A DNA stretch of 64,000 nt from an uncultured virus (IMG/VR IMGVR_UViG_3300028809_000684). Taxonomy: Duplodnaviria; Heunggongvirae; Uroviricota; Caudoviricetes. The first letter of the stretch is position 1; each line of letters starts with the position of its first letter. The stretch is taken from the IMG/VR virus record IMGVR_UViG_3300028809_000684; one strand, given 5' to 3'. The notes below the pieces were generated by a model. That model searched no databases. It saw only the letters and a list, made by a program, of their open reading frames with translations, and had not been told where the DNA came from. Below, in pieces: positions 28,649-38,303 of the stretch. The position numbers were made by a program, and so were the translations under genes.

Positions 28649-28863
28649 CTGCGGATGAGACGGCCACCTCTCGTAACTGCGGGATTCTTCACCGGCATTG
28701 TCCTGCGGGGTGCCGGCAGCTGCCTGCATGCGCCATGCTCTGCTTTCGTGAACGATGGTCCTGCACAGAACCTAGAGCCGAGACCTGCATCCATTGGGCT
28801 GAGCTGCCTCGTGCGTGTGAACCTGCCCTCCATAGCAACCTGCCGAAAGGCCTCCTAGCGAAC
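28649..28863 (-). repeat. GCAG-punctuated array of unique 12-24 nt segments (putative guide array)
   Basis: Plus-strand CTGC at 28649, 28677, 28703, 28720, 28724, 28740, 28761, 28785, 28804, 28823 and 28840. Confidence 0.7.
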
Positions 28864-29008
28864 GTCTCGGGGCTGTGGACACGTTGTCCTGAATCCCGAC
28901 CTTTCACAGCGTTCCGCGAGTGTCTCCAGGCGGCTAGCGCTCTGGATCTGATTCGCGCTTCGCCCTTGCAGCGGGCGTAGACACAGGGGTTGATAATCAG
29001 TGCCCCTG
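28864..29008 (-). ncRNA. omegaRNA-like scaffold, copy 3
   Basis: Same architecture; P2 loop GCTGCAA; ends CCCCGAGAC. Confidence 0.85.
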
Positions 29009-29057
29009 CTCTGGGAATTGTTCAACGTAATCTCACGTTCAGGACGTGGCACATTGT

Positions 29058-29386
29058 CTGCAATACGGACAGCAGACGCTGCCTAACCGGATTGTGCTGC
29101 CTTGATCCTGCGACATTCCCCGTAGACCTGCTGACGTACGGACTTCTTTCTGTCATGACACGATCGTCTGACGTGATACTGCGTCCGAGCGGAACATCAC
29201 TCGCCGTGTCGGTGCTGTTGCGTCCCTGAGGTCATTGCAGTGCGCCAGTGCCGGAAGCTGCGTCCGAACCCTAACGAGGTGTACTCGAACGTCCGAATCT
29301 TGCCGCAATGGTATCCTGTCGCTCCTTGCAAAGCCGACACACTTCTCCAGGGACTTGCAGTCGAGTTTCAGGCGGGTGCACCGGAC
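29058..29386 (-). repeat. GCAA/GCAG-punctuated array (putative guide array)
   Basis: Plus-strand TTGC at 29218, 29235, 29300, 29326, 29355 and CTGC at 29058, 29079, 29097, 29108, 29128, 29179, 29258. Confidence 0.6.
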
Positions 29387-29534
29387 GTTTCGGGGCTGTG
29401 AGCACATTGCTCGGAATCCCGATCTCTTTCTCAGCGTTCCGCGGTCGAACCGGGGCGGCTAGCGCTCCCGGTCGACACCGCGCTTGGCCCTGGCAATGGG
29501 CCTGATCCAAGGAGTTGAAGGTCATTGCTCCTGG
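29387..29534 (-). ncRNA. omegaRNA-like scaffold, copy 4 (overlaps the TnpB-like stop codon)
   Basis: 5' hairpin spans the TGA; P2 loop ATTGCCA; ends CCCCGAAAC. Confidence 0.85.
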
Positions 29535-30823
29535 CTCGTCTCGCCTTCGTCGGAGGACTCTTCCTCCTTCTCCGGCGGCGTCTTGGCACGAACCACGATC
29601 CGCTTCGCACGAGCCTTCTGTTCGATCATGGTGCCAAGCATGGCCCACGGGAACGAGGGTGCGAAGGAGTGGTCCGTATCGTCATAAACGATCTCCGCCA
29701 CTTTACGGCGGGCTGCGTAGGCAACAAGTGAGGCACTCACCTGGTGGCACAGCGTCTGGAGCCGGTTCCGGTCACGCCGGGCCTTCTCCTGAACGTGAGC
29801 TTGGAACGGCTTTCCGTCCCGCCGCGGTTTCCGATACTCGGCCTTGCGGTCGTCGCTCAGTCGAGACAACTCCCGCAGGTGGGCCGCGTGCCGGTTCGAA
29901 ATCATCCGGGCGTTATCGGCGTTGTAGTTCCAGATCCGCTGATCGTCCATGTCTACGCAGACCAGGAGCGAATCCTTGTCTGAGCGAACCATCAGCGTGT
30001 TGTCGGGAATGGACTCTCCCTTGATGGGGAGCCACCCGACGATCTTCGCCATCAACCGCCGGCTCGACCGGTTCCCGTTTCCGTTCTCTCGGTCCTTGTT
30101 CGCCGGCCGGTGATCGCCGGGCTTGCCTTCGATTTCCAGCAGCGCCGCCTGGCCCAGGAGCTCGGGATGCTCCATCAGCCATTCGATCGCCTTCGTCTGC
30201 CGCTTGAACTGCCGGCCGGCAGAGAGCATCAGCTCGTGCCGCACTCCGCCGACATTGGCGATCAGGAAGATCCGCTCGTCCTTGCGTTCCAGCTTGAACC
30301 CGTCCGGCCGAATGGGAACCGGCTGCGGAAAGCGGAAGCTCGGCGGCGCAATCGCGTTTCGCCAGATCATGTCATATCGCAATTTGCGATAGCGCTGCTC
30401 GACTGACATCAGAACCGCCGAAGCGGTTCCCTTGCCGATCGTCTGCCACGATGCCAGCTCTGGTCCCATCCCGTACAGGTAGATCGGCGGCATCTTCGGC
30501 AGTTTCTCCTCGCCGGGACCGCGGACAACGTCGTTCGCCAGCAGCTTCCGGATCGCCCAGTTGCTGAGGTGAGTCACTGCCTCCTGTGCCTGCCGCAGGA
30601 TCGGGCGAAAGACCTCCCAGTCCGCCGAGGCGATCGGGATCGTCATCGCGCGGATCGCGTAGGTCTTGCCCCAGCACTCCGAGCAGGTGAGCGTACTCCC
30701 AACGTTCTTCCAACCCCGCGGCGGGCGAGGCTTCCCTTTCACGGTCGGCTTGACGTTGCGCAAGGCGCCGCAGACCGAGCAAGCAATTTCGACAGTTTCA
30801 GTTGACGTTGTCGCCGTCTCCAT
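29522..30823 (-). CDS. Nuclease-dead TnpB/Cas12f-like RNA-guided protein with an N-terminal Zn ribbon
   Basis: Bridge helix and RuvC-II region RNRLQTLCHQVSASLVAYA..IVYDD..FPWAMLGTMIEQKA...IVV; no GxDxG RuvC-I motif; ends before the Zn finger and RuvC-III; N-terminal CSVC...CSEC. Confidence 0.8.
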   Translation of the reverse strand: METATTSTETVEIACSVCGALRNVKPTVKGKPRPPRGWKNVGSTLTCSECWGKTYAIRAMTIPIASADWEVFRPILRQAQEAVTHLSNWAIRKLLANDVVRGPGEEKLPKMPPIYLYGMGPELASWQTIGKGTASAVLMSVEQRYRKLRYDMIWRNAIAPPSFRFPQPVPIRPDGFKLERKDERIFLIANVGGVRHELMLSAGRQFKRQTKAIEWLMEHPELLGQAALLEIEGKPGDHRPANKDRENGNGNRSSRRLMAKIVGWLPIKGESIPDNTLMVRSDKDSLLVCVDMDDQRIWNYNADNARMISNRHAAHLRELSRLSDDRKAEYRKPRRDGKPFQAHVQEKARRDRNRLQTLCHQVSASLVAYAARRKVAEIVYDDTDHSFAPSFPWAMLGTMIEQKARAKRIVVRAKTPPEKEEESSDEGETSQEQ

Positions 30824-31172
30824 TGAGCCCTCCGAAGGTAGTGAGTAGAAGTGCCTGTACCTTTGCCTTCATCTTCTCGATGATCGCGAGCCACTCGGCC
30901 TCAGTCTCGATCTCAACGTGCGGCATCTCCGACTGGAAGAGACGCCACTTATGTGCGCCCATGCCGATTCGAGCAACACCGCGATCGGCGCCAGCTTTCT
31001 GTGCGTCTTCATCGAGCCGCTGCAATATGGTGTCCGCAAGTGCCAGCGACTTCGGGACCACGATCTTCCCTTCCGCGTCGCGGAAGGGAATTTCATAACC
31101 GCCAAGGTAACTAAGCATAAAGAACCAACGAATCGATGGCACCCCGGTTACATTGACCCTGATAGGTTCCAT
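30798..31172 (-). CDS. Hypothetical protein directly upstream of the TnpB-like gene
   Basis: GAGG RBS; overlaps the TnpB-like start. Confidence 0.65.
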   Translation of the reverse strand: MEPIRVNVTGVPSIRWFFMLSYLGGYEIPFRDAEGKIVVPKSLALADTILQRLDEDAQKAGADRGVARIGMGAHKWRLFQSEMPHVEIETEAEWLAIIEKMKAKVQALLLTTFGGLNGDGDNVN

Positions 31173-31181
31173 GACGTCCTC

Positions 31182-31215
31182 AAAAGAAAAGAGACGGCAG
31201 GAAAGTCCTGCCGTC
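31182..31215 (-). terminator. Intrinsic terminator
   Basis: GACGGCAGGA-CTT-TCCTGCCGTC followed by TCTTTTCTTTT. Confidence 0.7.
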
Positions 31216-31594
31216 CCGGGATAGCTACTCTCCGTCAGCCAGCTTGCGGTACGCCTCGATCTGAGCGAGCTCGGCTGCGGTGAACAGCTCGGGCTGCGTC
31301 GGCTGAGGCATCCGGGCTCGCTTGTAAAGGCGAGCCAGCCAGAAGTGATCGATGTGGTAGCCGCTACGGTACGCTTCCATCGTCACCAGCTTTCCGGCTT
31401 CACGCGTGGCCGGCCAATCCGGGACCGGAACGTATTCCGAAGTCTCGGGACAGGCCAGCTTGAAGTTCGGTTGCGGTCGATTCAGTGGCCGGTTCTGAGG
31501 TTGCTTTCCCTCTTGCCGATACCACGTCGCCGCCAGAGAGGTGTGCTTCCTCATCACCAGACAAAGGCGCTTGAGGAGGGCACAGGTTTCGTAG

Positions 31595-31978
31595 TTACAG
31601 GGGTGGAATCCGTACCTGGATTCCGTCTCTTTGCGTTCGGTGACCTGAGTCATCGTTGGGTTCTCCCAATTTGAGCAGTTGATATCTCTTGAGGAGACGC
31701 CGTGTCTCCCCACTGACAAGACCTGTGGCAATCGCTGTCGCCTCGTTATTCCGTGCCGGCTCATGGAAGAGCACGAACGGAATGTGACAGTGCTGGAGGT
31801 GGGCAGCGCAAGCATTGAGCTGCCGAAGATCCTTGACCCCACACAAAGCAAGATGGGGATGTTCTTCCCACGTCAGATTCAAGAGGTGTTTAGCCTCCAG
31901 AGCTGCGTGGACCGCCTGCACGGCCCGTTGGGGCGGCGGTAGATCTTGTCGGACGAAGATGTAGAGATACTGCGTCAC
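31595..31978 (-). CDS. Peptidyl-tRNA hydrolase Pth2-like protein
   Basis: YIFVRQDL....AVQAVHA and FHEP...TAIA motifs. Confidence 0.75.
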   Translation of the reverse strand: MTQYLYIFVRQDLPPPQRAVQAVHAALEAKHLLNLTWEEHPHLALCGVKDLRQLNACAAHLQHCHIPFVLFHEPARNNEATAIATGLVSGETRRLLKRYQLLKLGEPNDDSGHRTQRDGIQVRIPPL

Positions 31979-32032
31979 TGGGAGGTGCGGTCAATGTTCC
32001 ATTGTGAGGTCCTCCTTCTGAAATGAACCCTG

Positions 32033-32106
32033 TGTCGGGGGCGGGATTCGAACCCGCAACCAACGGATTTGAAGTCCGGTGCTCTAACCATTTGAGCCAC
32101 CCCGAC
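32033..32106 (-). tRNA. tRNA with UCA anticodon (opal suppressor, not tRNA-Sec)
   Basis: Canonical 7/5 cloverleaf; CCGGA-CTTCAAA-TCCGT; short variable loop; A73. Confidence 0.85.
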
Positions 32107-32975
32107 AACAGGGGACTCTACGAGACTGACGACCGGCCGTCAATCTTCCTTGGCCGTCTGCAGCCACTCGCCGAGAGCGAGGGCCGACTCGTACGAGACA
32201 TACAGCCGCACATCCTCGCAGACGGCCAGACGGCCATCCGGGGTGCAGACGGAGACCGCAATGTTCGTGAGCTGGCAGTCGACAAGAACGACGCCACCAA
32301 GAAGCAACTTCCTACCATCAGCACCTGTGATATCGGCGTACTGGCGGTAGAACTGCTCAAGTAAGGCCCGCGGACCGAGGACCCGCGACAAATGCACGGC
32401 GCCATACTTCGGCGACTTCCCGGGCGAGGACAGCTGCACGGAGCCGATCCGCCGTAGCTGAACCAGCAAACCCACTCCATCCATCCACTCGGGAATGAGC
32501 ATCTTCGCGTGGAAGATGTTCGGATCGGGCGGTATCGCCTTGGGACGAAAGAACGCTGCGATCCAACCAAACACACGTCGAAGCATGGCGGACTCCTAGT
32601 TCATCTCGGCGTGACGACGGAGGCTCCGTCTGACCATCGCGCCGAGTTCTTCGTGATCGACCCACTTTCCCCGTTCAAGGAAGCCGTCCTCCAAGTCCGA
32701 CGTTCGGACGAAGAACCGGACAGTCGTCTCTCCGCCGGCCGACTCCGTCTTGACGAGAGCATCGAAGACGAGGCCCGTCATGCCGACGAAGAAGACCGGC
32801 TTCAGGTTCGTTTCCAGGACACCGTCGTACGTCTTCGAGCGGATGCGGCGAGTCCGCTTCTTGTCCTGGTACATGTCGTACGCGTTCACGAGGAGCGCGT
32901 CGCGCACGGTTTCCGTCATCGGCTTGTCGCCCTGCATCAGACAGTACATCTGCATCGTGGGTTCCTCGGTTGGGG

Positions 32976-33533
32976 TTATTCGCGGATGCCACTTTTATTC
33001 CGAGCCAGCCAGAGCTTTTCGTCAAGGTCCACCGGGTGGATCTCCAGGCGATCGGCTTCGGCCAGGAACAGCTGCGTCACCCGCTCGTATTCACGCTTGG
33101 ACTGGGGCGTGATCTTCGGGACATTGTGGCCTTGCTCCGCGAGCCAGGCCAAGATGTGAACATCCAGGACCGCGTAGCGATCCCGGCGGTTCGACCACCG
33201 CATGAAGAAGCGGCTTGTCTTCTGCTTGATCCCTTTGATGGCCTCCAGCTCCGCGACCGTACATGTGGCCAGATCGAGCTGGGCTCTCAACAGGCCGTGA
33301 AAGGCCGCGGAGTTCTTGTCGTAGTTGCCGACGCGAGCAGCCTTGAGGCAACTCACCAGCGTCGGCATCCTCTGAGGTAGGGACTCGAACCACGTCCCCT
33401 TCCAGAGACCGCGACGTTCGAGCTCTTCGAAGAGCACGATCATCTTGGCTTCTGCGAACCTCGCCGATTTGCCGGCGACGATCACCGCGTAGAGAACCTT
33501 GTATTCCAGATCCTTTGGAAACGACCGAGGCAT
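32976..33533 (-). CDS. HhH DNA glycosylase, 8-oxoguanine glycosylase (Ogg2)-like
   Basis: LEAIKGIKQKTSRFF...AVLDVHIL with catalytic-type K and D; C-terminal LDEKLW. Confidence 0.75.
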   Translation of the reverse strand: MPRSFPKDLEYKVLYAVIVAGKSARFAEAKMIVLFEELERRGLWKGTWFESLPQRMPTLVSCLKAARVGNYDKNSAAFHGLLRAQLDLATCTVAELEAIKGIKQKTSRFFMRWSNRRDRYAVLDVHILAWLAEQGHNVPKITPQSKREYERVTQLFLAEADRLEIHPVDLDEKLWLARNKSGIRE

Positions 33534-34722
33534 CTTCTACCTTTTGAGCGGGTACAGCGGTTCGATCAGAACGTCGCCTGCAACCCACTTCTCCTGAGAG
33601 GTAAAACCACTCGTATATAGTGACGCAATTCCGCTGCCAATGAAGGCGTCGCTGCCGAACGCCATGTGCGGCCGGAAGATCATATCGCCCAGCAACAAAA
33701 CATGCGGCCGTTTGGAGCCCATCAGCAGAGGGGCGCCGTTGGTGGTCTGAAAGACACCAGCCACGTGATTGGGATCACCGGTGTCTTGAACGATGAAGTT
33801 CATCGGGATGTGAAACGCCCGATCACCCATCAGGAGTTTGGCCGGGTTCGTCCCCAGGAGGTTGTCCATCTGGTGGTGCCTTTCTCATGAGTTGCCAGAC
33901 TCGATAGCGGTAGTAGATCCACTGCGCGGCCATCGTCGTCAGGAGCAGTGCGCGTTCATTGTGCGACATGTCCTTGATGGCGACGCCACCGAGGCGGTTG
34001 TTGTGGAAGTACTTGTAGTGCTTGTTGACGAACAAGACTCCGCAGAGCATGTTCAATGACGACCCGAGCCACATGCCGGCGAGCTCAGCACGTGCACCAA
34101 ACACGACACTGAGCAGAAACCCGCCCGCGACAGTCACTAGGAACGAGGTACAGATCGCGTAGAAGAACTCAGCGACGAGGATTCGATGGAGAGGTCGCAC
34201 TCAATGGTCTCCGATTTTGTAACGACACGGCGAACACGCACTGTGCTCAGGTGCTTGATCGTGTAACCCGCATTGAGCAGGTCAGCGATGCGAGTCTGGT
34301 ACCAGACCGCGAGCTCCTCTGGCGTATCGCGAACGATGATCCGCTTCCAACCTTCGGATGTCTTCGTCTCCAGCGCATAATCCAACTGGATCTCAGGCTC
34401 ATTCGGATCCGGCTCGACCGGACGCTCGATACGATCCAAGGCGGTGTTGTAGTCGGGATCATCCGCACGACGATCCCAGTTGCCAAGTACATCCGGCATA
34501 GCTATCTCCGCGGGTAGTGGGGACCGCCGATCACAGGACCCGGGACGCTGACCTTGACCGGAAAGCCCTCCCAGTCCGCGATCTTCTCGATCTCCGGATT
34601 CTTGCGGTCGAGATAGACGAAGAGGGTCGAGACGGCGGCGCCGATCCCAACCCTCCCCTCTGATCCGACACGCTCCTGGAGGCGTTCAGCAGCCTCCTGC
34701 ATCTGCTGTGGGTTGGGCTCGT

Positions 34723-35214
34723 TCATAGGCCGAGATCTCTCAGCACGACAATGCTGGCGTCCACCGCGGCCAGGAATTGCTGGGGATTCGTCGCATCCCA
34801 CTTGCACTCCGGCAGAGCTCGCGAACCGGGCTTGTACCTCCGCTGCAAAGACTTCGCCTTCCCGAACGCCTCAAGCGTCAGAAGGCTCGGCATCTGGACC
34901 ATGTAGCCGAGCAAGCCAGCCAGCGTCCCGAGCCGAATGCAGTCGATGGCCTGCATGAGGTTTTGCACCTCTTCGGTCAAGAAGTGATAGCCCTCCTGAC
35001 CCCACGTCACCGGCCGAATTGGCAGCAGCATGGATCCAGCCAGGCAGACCATACAGACATCAGGATTGTCTGCATCAAGCCGGATGAAGACGTGCATGTT
35101 GATCTCCACATTCGGAGTCGACATCGCAGTGACGAGGTCATTCCGCGCCATCTGCAACCAGTCCGCCATCGAGCGTGCCTTCTCGCCGAACTTCTTCTGA
35201 TGAAAGTCGTGCAT
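34723..35214 (-). CDS. CxxCLAG paralogue family member
   Basis: WLQMARNDL...CMVCLAGSML...QAIDCIRLG. Confidence 0.75.
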   Translation of the reverse strand: MHDFHQKKFGEKARSMADWLQMARNDLVTAMSTPNVEINMHVFIRLDADNPDVCMVCLAGSMLLPIRPVTWGQEGYHFLTEEVQNLMQAIDCIRLGTLAGLLGYMVQMPSLLTLEAFGKAKSLQRRYKPGSRALPECKWDATNPQQFLAAVDASIVVLRDLGL

Positions 35215-36538
35215 CGCGCTCTTGCTTTCCCGGGACAGATCGGCGCCCGTTCCGGTCCCACACCTTGATCATGGCAATCATGCGCTTGGCAGCGCTGGAG
35301 CGATTCTCGGCGGTGATGGGACCGTGAGCCGAGATCGTATCGAGGAGAGCGTCAGCCAGTGCCTTTTCAAGCGTCGGCCGGTCGCTGCCCATGTTGATCG
35401 GCAAGTGGGCCTCGGTATCGAGAGCCTCCTTCCGTTGAGCATTGAGCCTTGCGGTTTCCTGCCTGTGCTTCTCCAGTGCGATCTCATCACCCTGGAGGCC
35501 AGCCAGTGTCTCTCGCAGAACGAGAATCTCGATCTGCCGCGAGGCTTCCAGCGCGGACCGAAGCCGAACCGCATACTCTTCGAGCGTATGCACGCGGTCG
35601 TTGAGGTTCCGGACGATCCGATCGCGCTGAATCCGAATGTCCTCGACAGGCTCGCCAGCCGGACCCGGAAGATCCTGAGGACCGGCTGCGCCCAGATGAC
35701 CGGATCGGCCGTCGCAGAAGCCGTCCGGCGCGTGGTGCTGATGGACTGGCCGAAAGCCGGCCGGCCAACCCGGGCACCGCGGATCCATCGCATACTTGCC
35801 ACAACCTTTGCAGCGAGGTGCGCGGTGAGGCGGATAAGGCAGCAGTGCCTTAATCCAGTCGTCAGCGAGCTGGTAGTCGCGAGTGTGCTGGTGCGTGACA
35901 GGATGCTCGTAGTCGTCCCACGAGTCGTCACCGCCGCGATACGACTGCGTGATCAGAGCCCGGCGCAACTGGTCCCAGGGAATTTTGTCGTCAGAGATGG
36001 GAACTCCTGCGATGAAGAGCGCACCTCTGACAATGATGAACGTCTCTCTATCACGAGAGATGATGATTTCGTCGGACATACTACCCTGCAATGAGCCAGC
36101 CCAGGCCGAAGCCCAGTACGAGAAGAAAGAGAAGGCAACCCACCGGACCGTGCCAAAGCGGCCGGTCCGGTGGATGCTGCGATTCAATCCGCGGGTTTTG
36201 ATCAGGCCTTGGCAGGATAGTAGCCCTCGGGCGGTGCGTGGGCCTCCCAGAAGGAGTCCTTCTCACCGTTCCAGTAGTTGGCCTGCTGGAGCATCTGCAA
36301 GGAGTGCTCCTGATCGTCCGACAGGAGCAGGAGCATGCCAATCCGGGCGACCGAAGTGGTGATCTTCCGGCGACGCTCCGAATCGCTGGAAGCGAAGTTA
36401 GCGCCGTCCATGAAGTCAGACAGCGCCATCTCCAGGTCGTCGAGTGCTCGATCCTTCGCCCAGAGGATCCCGGCTTCCGGCATGGAAACGGTCTTCATTC
36501 GATTTCCTTCAATACAGCTGCCAAAGGCCCCGGTCGCT

Positions 36539-37453
36539 TCAGTCAGGGCCTGCTCCAGCTTCGTCTTTGCCTCGTCGATCCGGGTCGCCATAGCGTCGCT
36601 TCTTGAGGAGTCGAACGGCCGCTGCCGGGTTCAGCAGCGTGAAGAAGATCAGATGAGTCGGCTCTCCGGTGAGAAAGGTCCCATCCGGGTGCGGATCGTG
36701 GACATAGTCGAAGCCCATGAGGCCACGACAGCGTCCGACAACCGCGTGCCGACCAGTCGTGCATTCCCGCGGCGAGTTCCCGATGATGATCACTGGGGCC
36801 TGGCGCGGGACAGGGTAGAGGATCGGACGGTCGTCGAGAATCAACTCGATGGCCTGGAGTCCGAAGCCAGCCAGCCACTCCTGAAACACGTCCCAGTCCC
36901 AGGAGTCGCCGTCGCAGGCGGTCGGAACGTGCTCGACAGGGACGTCCAGCACGGTCGCGACACAAGCCCGGAAACAGCTCGTCGGGGTCGGCTGCGTCAC
37001 CCGGATGGCCACAGGCACCAGTGTACGGGCAGTCAGCTGCTCCGTTAGCACACTAATGTCATTGCAGGCCGCGTCCCAGCAAGCCTTCATGGCTCGGGCG
37101 TCGGCGTGTGCCATCCGAAGCATTTTGCGGGCTGCTACGAGCGCAGGCGTCGCGTCAGGCGGCTCCGAGGACGTTTCCGCGGCCCGAATCTCTCGGGAAC
37201 GCCTCAAAACGTCTCGGAGAGCCTCTCCGTGACCCATAAGCCCGCCAAAAGCCAGCTTCGCATCGGAACTCATCCATGCGAAAGCTGGCTCAGATTCAAC
37301 TCTACCGATCTGTCCGAAGATCTGGGCGGCAATGCCGGCCAGCAGATCGAGGAGGAGGTTTTCGGTCGGGATCTCCGCCGCAGACCGCGCGAACGACTCG
37401 CGTGCTTCTGCGACAAGCTCGTCATAGGACTTAGAGGGTCCACTCGTCGACAT
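36539..37453 (-). CDS. Phage protein with a C-terminal papain-like peptidase-type domain
   Basis: SCFRACVATVL...HAVV...VHDPHP (Cys-His-Asp). Confidence 0.5.
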   Translation of the reverse strand: MSTSGPSKSYDELVAEARESFARSAAEIPTENLLLDLLAGIAAQIFGQIGRVESEPAFAWMSSDAKLAFGGLMGHGEALRDVLRRSREIRAAETSSEPPDATPALVAARKMLRMAHADARAMKACWDAACNDISVLTEQLTARTLVPVAIRVTQPTPTSCFRACVATVLDVPVEHVPTACDGDSWDWDVFQEWLAGFGLQAIELILDDRPILYPVPRQAPVIIIGNSPRECTTGRHAVVGRCRGLMGFDYVHDPHPDGTFLTGEPTHLIFFTLLNPAAAVRLLKKRRYGDPDRRGKDEAGAGPD

Positions 37454-38303
37454 CAGTTCGTGTCCAATCCGCGGATGCGATCAAACTCTTGCGGTGCGTC
37501 CTCAGGAACGGCGTCCGTGAAGGTCACCAGCCCGAGAATGTAGTGGTAGCCGTGGTAGTACATCGGCTCACAGCGGGTGATCTCGATTTTCTGCGTCTCG
37601 GGGCGAGTCAGCGAAACGATGCAGTTCTGAAACTCCACTTCGGCACCCGCTTTACTGTCCTCAAAGCCGGTGTCGATCTTCTCCAGGCGAAGTTGCGTTT
37701 TCATCTCAGACCGTCGCGAAGAAGTTGAGGGCCTTCCGAAGCAGCTCCATCGTCGTCGGCCGGATGGCGACGCGTTCCGGCATACCGGTCTGTAGATGCC
37801 ACTTCCGGAACTTCGTGTGCCAGGTGCTGATCAGCTTACGAGCGGCTTCGCTGAATTGCTTCTGCCACTCACAGCGGACACGACCGTACTTGGTCTTGTC
37901 CCACATTTCGACGATGACCGCGTACGGGAAGGTCCTCGCGAACTCATCCCCGCGGATCGTCATGACGAAAGCGACAGCCTTCGAGCTGTTCATGGACGAG
38001 TCGAGATCCTCGAACTCGGTGCGGTGTTCGGGCGGCTCGTACCGCCCTTGAAGGACTCCGCTCATTCGAGCACCTCATGATCCGATAGAGACTCGCCGCA
38101 AGCGGAGCAACGAGTGTCTGAATGAAGGCCCTTAGCGATGTTGCCGTCTGTGTCGACCAACTCGGCGCCGGCGCCGAGCCGAGACGGCGTCACCCAGGGC
38201 ATGCTGCCCGTCGCAACAAACTCGACATCCACCGAGTTCGGTAACAGAAGGTTGGCCCCACATTCAGGGCATTCAGTGACCTTGTAACGGTGACGGAAGT
38301 CGC

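Noticed and set aside
24480..29534. Canonical CRISPR array
   Set aside because: No 23-47 nt direct repeats at regular spacing and no cas1/cas2; only 4-nt separators and ~150-nt scaffolds.
29522..30823. Active IS200/IS605 or IS607 transposon
   Set aside because: No TnpA transposase nearby, RuvC motifs are degenerate or missing, and there are several scaffolds rather than one pair of element ends.
32033..32106. tRNA-Sec
   Set aside because: It has a 7-bp acceptor, short variable loop and A73, lacking the long acceptor and extra arm of SelC.
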